Positions 44,464 to 53,074 of a stretch of 64,000 nt of DNA are shown one piece after another; position 1 is the stretch's first letter, and the number at the start of each line of letters is the position of its first letter. The position numbers and the translations under genes were made by a program. The DNA comes from Aeromicrobium sp. (GTDB lineage Bacteria; Actinomycetota; Actinomycetes; Propionibacteriales; Nocardioidaceae): contig NZ_JBOHDT010000160.1 in NCBI RefSeq assembly GCF_050700635.1, positions 1,738-65,737 on the forward strand, read 5' to 3'. The notes beneath the pieces were generated by a model, which ran no database searches, was not told where the DNA came from, and saw only the letters and a program-made list of their open reading frames with translations.

Positions 44464-45380
44464 CGAAGCGCCTTCCCGGTGAGCTCGAGGAACCGGTCCT
44501 CCAGGGTCTGACGCTCCACGAGCACCGACTCGGCAAGCACACCCTGTCCGGCACACCACGCCGTGAGGGTCGCCAGCAGCTCGGGGTCGACGTCGCCGGC
44601 GATGACGTAGTGGCCAGGCTGTGTCTCGTCGACCTTCGTGTCGTGGGGGAGGGCCAGCATCAAGGCGTCGACGTCCAGCCCGGGACGGGCCGTGAATCGG
44701 ACCGTGTTCTTAGCGCCGGACTGAGAGAGCTCGGCCGGGGAACCGGAGGCGATGACCTTGCCGGAATCGACGATGTGGACCTGGTCGGACAGCACCTCCG
44801 CCTCGTCCATGAAATGAGTGGTGAGCACCGTGGTGACTCCGTCGGACTGCATCTCGTCGATGAGGTTCCAGGTGGCGCGGCGAGCCTGGGGATCGAGGCC
44901 CGCGGTTGGCTCGTCGAGGAACAGCAGGCGCGGGCGCCCGATGACCGCCATGGCGAGGCTCAACCGCTGCTGCTGGCCACCGGACAGGCGCCGGTAGGGG
45001 GTGCGCCCGCACGAACCGAGTCCGAGGCGGGCGACGAGCGCCCCGACGTCGAGGGGATGGGCATGCAACGACGCCATGTGGCGCAGCATCTCGTCAGCCC
45101 TCACGCCCGACCATGCCCCGCCGGACTGAAGCATGACGCCGACCTGGGGGCGTAGCTCCCGAGCGTCCGCGATGGGGTCGAGGCCGAGCACTCGCACGGA
45201 GCCGCCGTGAGGACGTCGAAATCCCTCGCAGGTCTCGATGGTCGTGGTCTTGCCCGCTCCGTTGGGACCGAGGATCGCGGTGACCTGGCCCGGGGCGACT
45301 GTAAGCGACAGGCCGTCGACTGCGGTGGTGGGGCCGTAGCGCATCTCGAGGTCGTGGACCTCGACGGCGGGTTGACTCAC
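44460..45380 (-). CDS. ABC transporter ATP-binding protein
   Basis: Walker A GPNGAGKTT, signature LSGGQQQRL and Walker B LLFLDEP. 306 aa. Confidence 0.9.
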   Translation of the reverse strand: MSQPAVEVHDLEMRYGPTTAVDGLSLTVAPGQVTAILGPNGAGKTTTIETCEGFRRPHGGSVRVLGLDPIADARELRPQVGVMLQSGGAWSGVRADEMLRHMASLHAHPLDVGALVARLGLGSCGRTPYRRLSGGQQQRLSLAMAVIGRPRLLFLDEPTAGLDPQARRATWNLIDEMQSDGVTTVLTTHFMDEAEVLSDQVHIVDSGKVIASGSPAELSQSGAKNTVRFTARPGLDVDALMLALPHDTKVDETQPGHYVIAGDVDPELLATLTAWCAGQGVLAESVLVERQTLEDRFLELTGKALR

Positions 45381-45439
45381 CCGCTCAGTGTAGGAGATTC
45401 GGCTACGGCCACCGGTTCATGCGTCAGCCGATGTCCGGC

Positions 45440-45595
45440 TCAGTAGTAGTGGGGTCTGCCCCCCACCCCGCGGCCCATCGAGCCGAGGACCCAGAGGACT
45501 ACGCCGACGATCAGCAAGATGGCACCGATCGTGTAGAGGATCGGAACATTGAGCACCGCGCCCAAGATCACCAGAATCACACCGAGGACGATCAC
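45440..45595 (-). CDS. 51-aa two-TM hydrophobic small protein (below the ORF-track cutoff)
   Basis: The GTG at 45595 lies 6 nt after GAAGGAG. The translation is VIVLGVILVILGAVLNVPILYTIGAILLIVGVVLWVLGSMGRGVGGRPHYY, with high GC3. It resembles small 'hydrophobic protein' genes seen in other actinobacteria, judged from memory. Confidence 0.6.
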   Translation of the reverse strand: MIVLGVILVILGAVLNVPILYTIGAILLIVGVVLWVLGSMGRGVGGRPHYY

Positions 45596-45687
45596 GATGA
45601 GCTCCTTCTCGAATCAGACGACACCATGTCGTTGCCCTCAGGATGGCCCGAACGATTATTCGGCGCATCTCGGAGGAGCCACGTGAA

Positions 45688-46785
45688 ATGCTGGCTTTCA
45701 TGGACCTGCCGGTGATGCCCCCGCTGCGGCCGATGCTCGCGAAGTCGGTGAAGGGGGTTCCCGCTGCGGACTCGGTGGAGGGCGGGTTTTCGTACGAGCC
45801 GAAGTGGGACGGATTCCGGGCCATCGTCTTCCGCGACGGCGACGATGTCGTCATCGCCAGCCGGTCGACCAAGGAGCTGACGCGCTACTTCCCCGACGTC
45901 GTTGCGGCGGTGAAGGACAACCTGCCGGAGCGGATTGTGGTCGACGCGGAGATCGTGATCGCGATTGATGGTCGACTCGACTTCGACTCTTTGAGCCAGC
46001 GCATCCACCCCGCGGAGTCTCGGGTCAACCTGCTGGCCGAGCAGACGCCGGCCAGCCTGGTGGCCTTCGACCTGATCGCCATCGATGACGAGTCGCTCCT
46101 CGACGCGGCGTTCTCAGCCCGCCGCGAGCGGTTGGAGAGGGTAATGGCCGGCGCGTCGGCGCCCGTGCACGTCACGCGTCGCACGCTCGATGCGGCTGAG
46201 GCCGAGGAGTGGTTCGACCAGTTCGAGGGTGCGGGCCTCGACGGAGTCGTGGCCAAGAGGCTCGACGGGCCGTACGCGCCGAACGGACGCACGATGCTCA
46301 AGATCAAGCACTCCCGCACCGCCGACGTCGTCGTGGCCGGGTACCGCCTGCACAAGACGTCGACGCCCGAGCGGCCGCTGCTCGGGTCGATGCTGCTGGG
46401 GCTGTACGCGGACGATGGCCGGCTACAGCACGTCGGCGTGTGCGCGTCGTTCTCCGAGGCGCGGCGGGCGGAGCTGCTCGAGGAGCTCGACCCGCTGCGG
46501 GTCGAGTTCGCCGATCACCCGTGGGGTGCGTGGCAGGACGAGGCCGCCCAGGCCAGCGGGCGTCTGCCAGGCGGTCAGAGCCGCTGGACCGGCACCAAGG
46601 ACCTCTCCTTCGTGCCGCTCGCGCCGAAACGCGTCGTCGAGGTGGGCTACGAGCACATGGAGGGCGACCGCTTCCGCCACACCGCGCAGTTCAAGCGGTG
46701 GCGCGACGACCGCGAGCCCGAGTCGTGCGGCTACGCGCAGCTCGAGCAGGTCGTCGGCTACGACCTCGCCGACGTCATGAGGTAG
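45688..46785 (+). CDS. ligC: ATP-dependent DNA ligase (LigC-type, ligase domain only)
   Basis: Adenylation motif I ...YEPKWDGFR... plus an OB domain. The ATG at 45688 lies 9 nt after GGAGGAG. The track start at 45643 is less likely. Confidence 0.85.
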   Translation: MLAFMDLPVMPPLRPMLAKSVKGVPAADSVEGGFSYEPKWDGFRAIVFRDGDDVVIASRSTKELTRYFPDVVAAVKDNLPERIVVDAEIVIAIDGRLDFDSLSQRIHPAESRVNLLAEQTPASLVAFDLIAIDDESLLDAAFSARRERLERVMAGASAPVHVTRRTLDAAEAEEWFDQFEGAGLDGVVAKRLDGPYAPNGRTMLKIKHSRTADVVVAGYRLHKTSTPERPLLGSMLLGLYADDGRLQHVGVCASFSEARRAELLEELDPLRVEFADHPWGAWQDEAAQASGRLPGGQSRWTGTKDLSFVPLAPKRVVEVGYEHMEGDRFRHTAQFKRWRDDREPESCGYAQLEQVVGYDLADVMR

Positions 46786-47317
46786 GTATGTGTCGCCCCG
46801 CGAAGGCGGCGAGGCGGTCGTAGGGGTCGGCGTCCTCGGGAACCTCGACCTCGGGATCGAACGCCGGCTCCCGGTTCTCCGGCGTGAGCCCCTGCGTCAT
46901 GAAAGCCAGGCCCCGCTCGGCGACCTCCGGATCCAGTTTGCGGTTCTGGCCGGTCGCCTTCACCAGATCCCAGGTGTGGACGGCGAACTCCGCAGTCTGC
47001 CAGTCGACCGACCCGGCCTCGGCTTGGTCGCCCCGCTGGTGCCAGGTGTGGATCAGGTCGTCCGCCTCCGAGCGGAACTGTGTGACCGAGTTGCTGCTGA
47101 CCGGCTTCGGTGCGGCCGACCAGTCGGCTTCGCCACCTCGCGCTGCCTCGGCGAATCGTGCGGGAGCGCCGAGGACATGGCCGATCAGGTGGGCGACATC
47201 CCAGTCGGCGCACGGCGTGGGATCGGACAGCTGGTCACGGCGTATCGCCGCGAGCACGTCGCCGGTCTGGTCGAGTGCACGCGACAACATGGCGATCGCT
47301 GGGTACGGGCTGGACAT
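46775..47317 (-). CDS. DinB/mycothiol-dependent maleylpyruvate isomerase-like (TIGR03086-type) protein
   Basis: ...LDQTGDVLAAIRRDQLSDPTPCADWDVAHLIGHVLG... is a typical N-terminal MDMPI/DinB domain. 180 aa. Confidence 0.75.
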   Translation of the reverse strand: MSSPYPAIAMLSRALDQTGDVLAAIRRDQLSDPTPCADWDVAHLIGHVLGAPARFAEAARGGEADWSAAPKPVSSNSVTQFRSEADDLIHTWHQRGDQAEAGSVDWQTAEFAVHTWDLVKATGQNRKLDPEVAERGLAFMTQGLTPENREPAFDPEVEVPEDADPYDRLAAFAGRHIPTS

Positions 47318-47419
47318 CAGAGGCTCCCTTCAAGGACGTCTGCCTTCGACGTCCACCATTCCGCCGTTGCGTGCGCTTGTCGACCTCGCCGGGGCGGAGC
47401 TGTGGGTACGCCACGACAG

Positions 47420-48514
47420 CTACATGATGTTTCCACTCGTATCGCTGCGAGAACGGCTCGGCTGGACCCGTTTCGGCTCGCCCGGCATCTTCGGGTACTC
47501 GGGCGGGTAGGGCATGTCCGTCAGGCCGTTCTCGAGGTCGCGCTTCCACCAGTCGAGCAGCGGCTCAAGTGAGTGGTGCACGTCGTCGATGGCGGCGTGT
47601 GCGTCACCGACTGACGCAAGGCGGGCCGGCACTGTGCGGAGATTGAACTCGTTCGGGTCGTCGAGGTCGGCCAGCTCGTCCCAGGTGACGGGGGTCGAGA
47701 CCGGACCGCCCTCCTTCGGGCGGAGGCTGTAGGCGGACGCGATCGTGCGGTCGCGGCAGTTCTGGTTGACGTCGACGAAGATGTTGTCGCCGCGCTCCTC
47801 CTTCCACCACGCCGTGGTGACTCCGTCGGTGCGGCGCTCGAGCTCGCGGCCCAAGGCGATGGCGGAGTGGCGGACGTCGGTGAACGTCCACTTCGGTTCG
47901 ATGCGGATGTAGACGTGCACGCCGTTCTTGCCGCTCGTCTTCGGGAAGCCGGCGATGCGGACCTCGTCGAGCAGTTCCTTGACGGCACCGCCCACGCGGA
48001 CGGCGTCGACGAACGAGGTGGTGCCGTGCGGGTCGAGGTCGATGCGAAGCTCGTCGGGCCGGTCGACGTCGGTGGATCGAACCGGCCAGGGGTGGAACGT
48101 GATCGCGCCCATCTGGGCCGCCCAAGCCACGGCGGCGACGTGGTCGGGGCAGAGCTGGTCGGCCCGCCGCCCGGACGGGAAGTGCACCCGGACCGACTTG
48201 GCCCATTCAGGCATGCCGCGCATGAGGCGCTTCTGGTAGAACGCGTCGCCCTGCGGACCGCGTCCGTGGGTGGCGTCGCGCGCGGTGAGCTTCATTCCGG
48301 GCAGCACGCCCTTGGGCCACCGTTCCAGGGAGACTGGCCGGTCGCGCAGCGCCCGCACGATGCCGTCGGCGACGGCCACGTAGTACTCGACGACCTCCAG
48401 CTTCGTGACGTCGCCACCCAGCTTTGATGCCGGGAAGATCACCCGATCGGGGCTCGATACCCGTACCTGACGCCCACCGGCGTCGACCTCCACCGCTGCA
48501 GCCTTCGACGCCAT
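47420..48514 (-). CDS. LigD-type primase-polymerase domain protein (Prim-PolC-like)
   Basis: 364 aa. MASKAAAVEVDAGGRQVRVSSPDRVIFP...VTKLEVVEYY...SGKNGVHVYIRIEP... is typical of the archaeo-eukaryotic primase fold of NHEJ/BER polymerases. Confidence 0.85.
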   Translation of the reverse strand: MASKAAAVEVDAGGRQVRVSSPDRVIFPASKLGGDVTKLEVVEYYVAVADGIVRALRDRPVSLERWPKGVLPGMKLTARDATHGRGPQGDAFYQKRLMRGMPEWAKSVRVHFPSGRRADQLCPDHVAAVAWAAQMGAITFHPWPVRSTDVDRPDELRIDLDPHGTTSFVDAVRVGGAVKELLDEVRIAGFPKTSGKNGVHVYIRIEPKWTFTDVRHSAIALGRELERRTDGVTTAWWKEERGDNIFVDVNQNCRDRTIASAYSLRPKEGGPVSTPVTWDELADLDDPNEFNLRTVPARLASVGDAHAAIDDVHHSLEPLLDWWKRDLENGLTDMPYPPEYPKMPGEPKRVQPSRSRSDTSGNIM

Positions 48515-48520
48515 GGCGTC

Positions 48521-48526
48521 AGCCTA
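48521..48526 (-). promoter_or_regulatory. -10-like TAGGCT, 7 nt upstream of the Prim-Pol ATG (leaderless candidate)
   Basis: The reverse complement of 48512-48530 reads CAACTAGGCTGACGCCATG. Confidence 0.35.
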
Positions 48527-48530
48527 GTTG

Positions 48531-48612
48531 CGCGAGTGGCGCAAATTGCCCGCCGAGTGGCGCAGATTCGCCGCCTTTCGTTGACGAATGCGACGAATTT
48601 GCGCCACTCGCG
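48531..48612. repeat. 17-bp perfect inverted repeat CGCGAGTGGCGCAAATT / AATTTGCGCCACTCGCG, with a third direct copy 21 bp from the first
   Basis: The arms are 48531-48547 and 48596-48612. A direct copy, CCGAGTGGCGCAGATT, lies at 48553-48568 and matches at 14 of 16 positions. A degenerate inverted copy lies near 48585-48595. Confidence 0.85.
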
Positions 48613-48665
48613 GTAGGTGTGGCGGGTTAGGCTCACCTTTGTTGATGTGGGGAAACAATAACGGC

Positions 48666-48680
48666 ACACTGGTGTTGTGA
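48666..48680 (+). promoter_or_regulatory. ACACT-GGTGT-TGTGA element immediately upstream of or overlapping the sufR start (candidate SufR operator)
   Basis: Read directly from the sequence. Also present are TAGGCT (-10-like) at 48628-48633 and TTGTT-N10-AACAA at 48639-48658. Confidence 0.35.
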
Positions 48681-48685
48681 AAAAC

Positions 48686-49378
48686 ATGCGGGCAGAGGAG
48701 ACGTCGCCGATCGTCGACGACGCACCCACCCGTGAGCGCGTGGCCACCACGATCATGGAGAACGGTCCGTCGACGGCTGCTGCGCTGGCCGAGCGCCTGG
48801 GCCTGACTCCCGCGGCCGTACGCCGTCATCTCGATTTGCTGCTCGCCGACGGCGTGCTCGAGGCACGCGAGCCGCGCGTTCATGGGCCCCGAGGACGCGG
48901 CCGTCCCGCCAAGGTCTTCGTCATCACCGACACTGGTCGCGACCACTTCGGTCATGCGTACGACACGCTCGCCACCGATGCCCTCCGATTCGTCCAGCAG
49001 TCCGGGGGAGACGACGCGGTGTCGGCCTTCGCCCGACAGCGTCTGGCCGCCTTCGAGGACCGAGTCCGTCCCCTCATCGACGCCGCCGAGCCGCAAGACC
49101 GAGCCGCCGTCCTGGCCGAGGCACTCACGGGCGACGGGTACGCCGCCACGGTCGACGCGGCCGCTTCCGGTGAGCAGATCTGCCAGCACCACTGCCCGGT
49201 CGCCCACGTGGCCGGCGAGTTCCCCCACCTGTGCGAGGCCGAGACCGAGATGTTCTCTCGCCTCCTCGGCACGCATGTCCAACGTCTGGCGACCATCGCC
49301 AACGGCGACGGCATCTGCACCACGCATTTGCCACACCAAACGTCCAAGAAGTCCGCTGCAGAGAGGTTGCCCTCATGA
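48686..49378 (+). CDS. sufR: Fe-S cluster biogenesis regulator SufR (ArsR-type wHTH with a C-terminal Cys cluster)
   Basis: ...[33 protein letters not shown]... plus [21 protein letters not shown]. It is first in the suf operon and its stop overlaps the sufB ATG. An alternative GTG start is at 48677. Confidence 0.85.
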   Translation: MRAEETSPIVDDAPTRERVATTIMENGPSTAAALAERLGLTPAAVRRHLDLLLADGVLEAREPRVHGPRGRGRPAKVFVITDTGRDHFGHAYDTLATDALRFVQQSGGDDAVSAFARQRLAAFEDRVRPLIDAAEPQDRAAVLAEALTGDGYAATVDAAASGEQICQHHCPVAHVAGEFPHLCEAETEMFSRLLGTHVQRLATIANGDGICTTHLPHQTSKKSAAERLPS

Positions 49379-50820
49379 CGACCACGTCCGAGACTCCCGT
49401 CACCAACGCCGTCGAGGAGGCGAACCCCGGCCTCAAGGACGTCGGCCGCTACGCCTTCGGATGGGCCGACTCCGACGAAGCCGGTTCCATCGCGGCCCGC
49501 GGTCTCAACGAGGACGTCGTCCGCAACATCTCGGCGCTCAAGGACGAGCCGGAGTGGATGCTCGACCTGCGTCTCAAGGGCCTGCGCCTCTTTGGCCGCA
49601 AGCCGCTGCCCACGTGGGGCGCCGACCTCGGCACCATCGACTTCGACAACATCAAGTACTTCGTCCGGTCCAGCGAGAAGCAGGCCACCAGCTGGGAAGA
49701 CCTTCCCGAGGACATCAAGAACACCTACGACAAGCTCGGCATCCCCGAGGCCGAGAAGCAGCGACTCGTCGCCGGCGTCGCCGCGCAGTACGAGTCCGAG
49801 GTCGTCTACCACTCGATCCGTGAGGACCTCGAGGAGCAGGGTGTGCTCTTCCTCGACACCGACACCGCACTCCGGGAGCACCCGGAGATCTTCCAGGAGT
49901 ACTTCACGACGGTCATCCCGGTCGGCGACAACAAGTTCTCCGCACTCAACTCGGCGGTGTGGTCCGGCGGCTCGTTCATCTATGTGCCCCCGGGCGTCCA
50001 CGTCGACATCCCGCTGCAGGCGTACTTCCGCATCAACACCGAGAACATGGGTCAGTTCGAGCGGACGCTGATCATCGCCGACGAGGGCTCCTACGTGCAC
50101 TACGTCGAGGGCTGCACGGCTCCGATCTACTCCAGCGACTCGCTGCACTCCGCGGTCGTCGAGATCATCGTCAAGAAGAACGCCCGGGTGCGCTACACGA
50201 CCATCCAGAACTGGTCGAACAACGTCTACAACCTCGTCACCAAGCGCGCCACCTGCGAGGAGGGTGGCACGATGGAGTGGGTCGACGGCAACATCGGCTC
50301 CAAGGTCACCATGAAGTACCCGGCCGTCTACCTCATGGGCGAGCACTCTCGTGGCGAGACGCTGTCCGTCGCCTTCGCCGGCGAGGGCCAGCACCAGGAC
50401 GCCGGCGCCAAGATGGTGCACTGCGCACCACACACCTCGAGCTCCATCCTGAGCAAATCGGTGGCCCGCGGCGGCGGACGCACGTCCTACCGCGGCCTGC
50501 TGCAGGTGAACGACGGCGCCTACGGATCCGCCAGCACGGTCAAGTGCGACGCGCTGCTGGTCGACCAGATCAGCCGCTCTGACACGTACCCGTACGTCGA
50601 CGTCCGCGAGGACGACGTCACCCTCGGCCACGAGGCCACCGTCTCCAAGCTCAGCGACGACCAGCTCTTCTACTTCATGTCCCGAGGCATGGAGGAGGAC
50701 GAGGCCATGGCGATGATCGTCCGTGGCTTCATCGAGCCGATCGCGAAGGAGCTCCCGATGGAGTACGCCCTCGAGCTCAACCGGCTCATCGAGCTGCAAA
50801 TGGAAGGAGCGGTCGGTTGA
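49375..50820 (+). CDS. sufB: Fe-S cluster assembly protein SufB
   Basis: The ATG at 49375 gives [15 protein letters not shown]...[42 protein letters not shown]... The track start at 49231 overlaps sufR. Confidence 0.95.
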   Translation: MTTTSETPVTNAVEEANPGLKDVGRYAFGWADSDEAGSIAARGLNEDVVRNISALKDEPEWMLDLRLKGLRLFGRKPLPTWGADLGTIDFDNIKYFVRSSEKQATSWEDLPEDIKNTYDKLGIPEAEKQRLVAGVAAQYESEVVYHSIREDLEEQGVLFLDTDTALREHPEIFQEYFTTVIPVGDNKFSALNSAVWSGGSFIYVPPGVHVDIPLQAYFRINTENMGQFERTLIIADEGSYVHYVEGCTAPIYSSDSLHSAVVEIIVKKNARVRYTTIQNWSNNVYNLVTKRATCEEGGTMEWVDGNIGSKVTMKYPAVYLMGEHSRGETLSVAFAGEGQHQDAGAKMVHCAPHTSSSILSKSVARGGGRTSYRGLLQVNDGAYGSASTVKCDALLVDQISRSDTYPYVDVREDDVTLGHEATVSKLSDDQLFYFMSRGMEEDEAMAMIVRGFIEPIAKELPMEYALELNRLIELQMEGAVG

Positions 50821-51974
50821 CCGTCGTCGAAGCCCTCGAACTCGACCACGTTGAATCGCACCTCCACCCTAAGGGCTCCTTCGTGGTCGACGACCACGTC
50901 GTGCCCACGGGCCTGGAGGAGATCTGGCGTTTCACCCCGCTCAAGCGACTCCGCGGCCTGCACCAGGACACGCCGCTTGTCGGTGACAACTTCACCGTTG
51001 AGGTCGACACCGCGCCAGGCGTGACGGCCAGCTCCGTACCGGTCGCCGACTCCGCCCGCGGAGCCTCCGGCTACGTGCCTGTCGACCGCGTGTCGGCTCG
51101 CGCCTGGGACGCGGCCACATCGGTCTTCGAGGTCACCATCCCGAAGGACTCCGTCCTCGACGTGCCCACCACGGTGCGCATCAAGGGCGGCGACGTCGAG
51201 CCCGCGACCGCCGGCCAGCTGCTCGTCCGTGCCGGCGCCTTCAGCAAGTCCGTCGTGGTCGTCGACTACTCGGGCTCGGCCACCTGGGCCGAGAACATCG
51301 AGGTCGTTCTGGAGGACGGCGCCGAGCTGACGTTCGTCACGGTGCACGACTGGGCCGACGACACCGTGCACGTCGTCAACCAGCACTCTCGCGTGGGTCG
51401 CGACGCCTCGCTCAAGCACGTCACGGTGACGCTCGGCGGCGACATCGTGCGCGCCAGCACCTCGGCCGACTACGTCGGCACCGGCGGCAGCGTCGAGATG
51501 TTCGGCGTCTACTTCGCCGACGCCGGTCAGCACATGGAACACCGCCTGTTCGTCGACCACACGGCGCCGCACACCCGCAGCAACGTCGACTACAAGGGCG
51601 CGCTGCAGGGTCAGGATGCCCACACGGTCTGGATCGGCAACGTGCTCATCCGCAAGATCGCCGAGGGCATCGACACGTTCGAGCAGAACGACAACCTCGT
51701 GCTCACCGACGGCGCCCACGCCGACTCGGTGCCCAACCTGGAGATCGAGACCGGCGAGATCGAGGGAGCGGGTCACGCCTCCACCACCGGCCGTTTCGAC
51801 GACCAGCACCTGTTCTACCTGATGAGCCGCGGCATCGTGGAGGAAGAAGCACGTCGACTCGTCGTGCACGGCTTCTTCAACGACATCATCCGGCGCATCG
51901 GTGTACCCGAGCTGCAGGAACGGCTCGTCGCGGCCATCGAGGACGAGCTGGCCGAGCACGTCGGACGGCTCTGA
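50817..51974 (+). CDS. sufD: Fe-S cluster assembly protein SufD
   Basis: 385 aa of the SufB/SufD family. The TTG start lies 6 nt after GGAAGGAG and overlaps the sufB stop. Confidence 0.9.
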   Translation: MTVVEALELDHVESHLHPKGSFVVDDHVVPTGLEEIWRFTPLKRLRGLHQDTPLVGDNFTVEVDTAPGVTASSVPVADSARGASGYVPVDRVSARAWDAATSVFEVTIPKDSVLDVPTTVRIKGGDVEPATAGQLLVRAGAFSKSVVVVDYSGSATWAENIEVVLEDGAELTFVTVHDWADDTVHVVNQHSRVGRDASLKHVTVTLGGDIVRASTSADYVGTGGSVEMFGVYFADAGQHMEHRLFVDHTAPHTRSNVDYKGALQGQDAHTVWIGNVLIRKIAEGIDTFEQNDNLVLTDGAHADSVPNLEIETGEIEGAGHASTTGRFDDQHLFYLMSRGIVEEEARRLVVHGFFNDIIRRIGVPELQERLVAAIEDELAEHVGRL

Positions 51975-52303
51975 TGGTGTTCGTACAGGCCGCCGCTCTG
52001 GCGGATGTCCCCGACGGCGGAGCCATCGCCGTCGAGGTCGACGGCGTCGAGCTCGCGCTGGTGCGTGATGGTGACGTCGTCTACGCCGTCATCGACGAGT
52101 GCTCGCACGCGGCCATCCCCCTCTCAGAAGGAGAGGTCGAGGGCTGCGAGATCGAGTGCTGGCTGCATGGCTCGCGCTTCGATCTGCGCACCGGCAAGCC
52201 CGTCAACCTCCCGGCCACCGAGCCGGTACAGACCTACCCCACGACCATCGACGGCGACACCGTGATGGTCGACATTTCCCCGAAACAGGAGCTGAACGCA
52301 TGA
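51974..52303 (+). CDS. Rieske-type [2Fe-2S] ferredoxin embedded in the suf operon
   Basis: Motifs CSHAAIPL and CWLHGSRF. 109 aa. Start and stop are coupled with sufD and sufC. Confidence 0.85.
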   Translation: MVFVQAAALADVPDGGAIAVEVDGVELALVRDGDVVYAVIDECSHAAIPLSEGEVEGCEIECWLHGSRFDLRTGKPVNLPATEPVQTYPTTIDGDTVMVDISPKQELNA

Positions 52304-53064
52304 CCACCCTGGACATCAAGGACCTGCACGTCTCCGTCAACACCGACGACGGTGAGAAGGTGATCCTTCGCGGCGTCGACCTCACGGTCAACTCCGGCGA
52401 GGTGCACGCCATCATGGGCCCGAACGGCTCGGGCAAGTCCACGCTGGCCTACTCGATCGCCGGTCACCCCAAGTACAAGATCACGCAGGGGTCGGTGACG
52501 CTCGACGGTCAGGACATCCTCGGCATGACCGTCGATGCCCGCGCCCGTGCCGGTCTGTTCCTCGCGATGCAGTACCCGGTCGAGGTGCCCGGCGTCTCCG
52601 TCGCGAACTTCCTGCGCACTGCCAAGACCGCCCTCGACGGCGAGGCGCCCAAGCTCCGCACGTGGATCAAGGACGTCAACACGGCACTCGAGGGAGTCGA
52701 CCTCGACCCCGAGTTCGCGCAGCGCAGCGTCAACGAGGGATTCTCCGGCGGCGAGAAGAAGCGCCACGAGATCGCCCAGCTCGAGCTGCTCAACCCCAAG
52801 TTCGCCGTGCTCGACGAGACCGATTCCGGCCTCGACATCGACGCCCTGCGCATCGTGGCCGACGGCGTCAACCGTTACACCGCACAGGCCGACAAGGGTC
52901 TGCTGCTGATCACGCACTACACGCGGATCCTGCAGTACATCAAGCCCGACTTCGTGCACGTGTTCGTGGCCGGACGAGTCGCCGAGCAGGGCGGACGCGA
53001 GCTCGCCGACCAGCTCGAGGCCGAGGGCTATGACAAGTACGTGAAGGCGGCCGCCCAAGCGTGA
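52300..53064 (+). CDS. sufC: Fe-S cluster assembly ATPase SufC
   Basis: The ATG at 52300 gives MTTLDIKDLHVSVNTDDGEKVILRGVDLTVNSGEVHAIMGPNGSGKSTLAYSIAGHP... Confidence 0.95.
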   Translation: MTTLDIKDLHVSVNTDDGEKVILRGVDLTVNSGEVHAIMGPNGSGKSTLAYSIAGHPKYKITQGSVTLDGQDILGMTVDARARAGLFLAMQYPVEVPGVSVANFLRTAKTALDGEAPKLRTWIKDVNTALEGVDLDPEFAQRSVNEGFSGGEKKRHEIAQLELLNPKFAVLDETDSGLDIDALRIVADGVNRYTAQADKGLLLITHYTRILQYIKPDFVHVFVAGRVAEQGGRELADQLEAEGYDKYVKAAAQA

Positions 53065-53074
53065 GGACACTGTC

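Noticed and set aside
47334-47354. Short perfect GC hairpins as intrinsic terminators. Examples are GGACGTC-N7-GACGTCC at 47334-47354, GCACC-N11-GGTGC at 14679-14699 and AGCCG-N5-CGGCT at 45424-45438.
   Set aside because: None is followed by a U-tract on the relevant strand. Such stems are frequent in GC-rich spacers, so they are not annotated as terminators.
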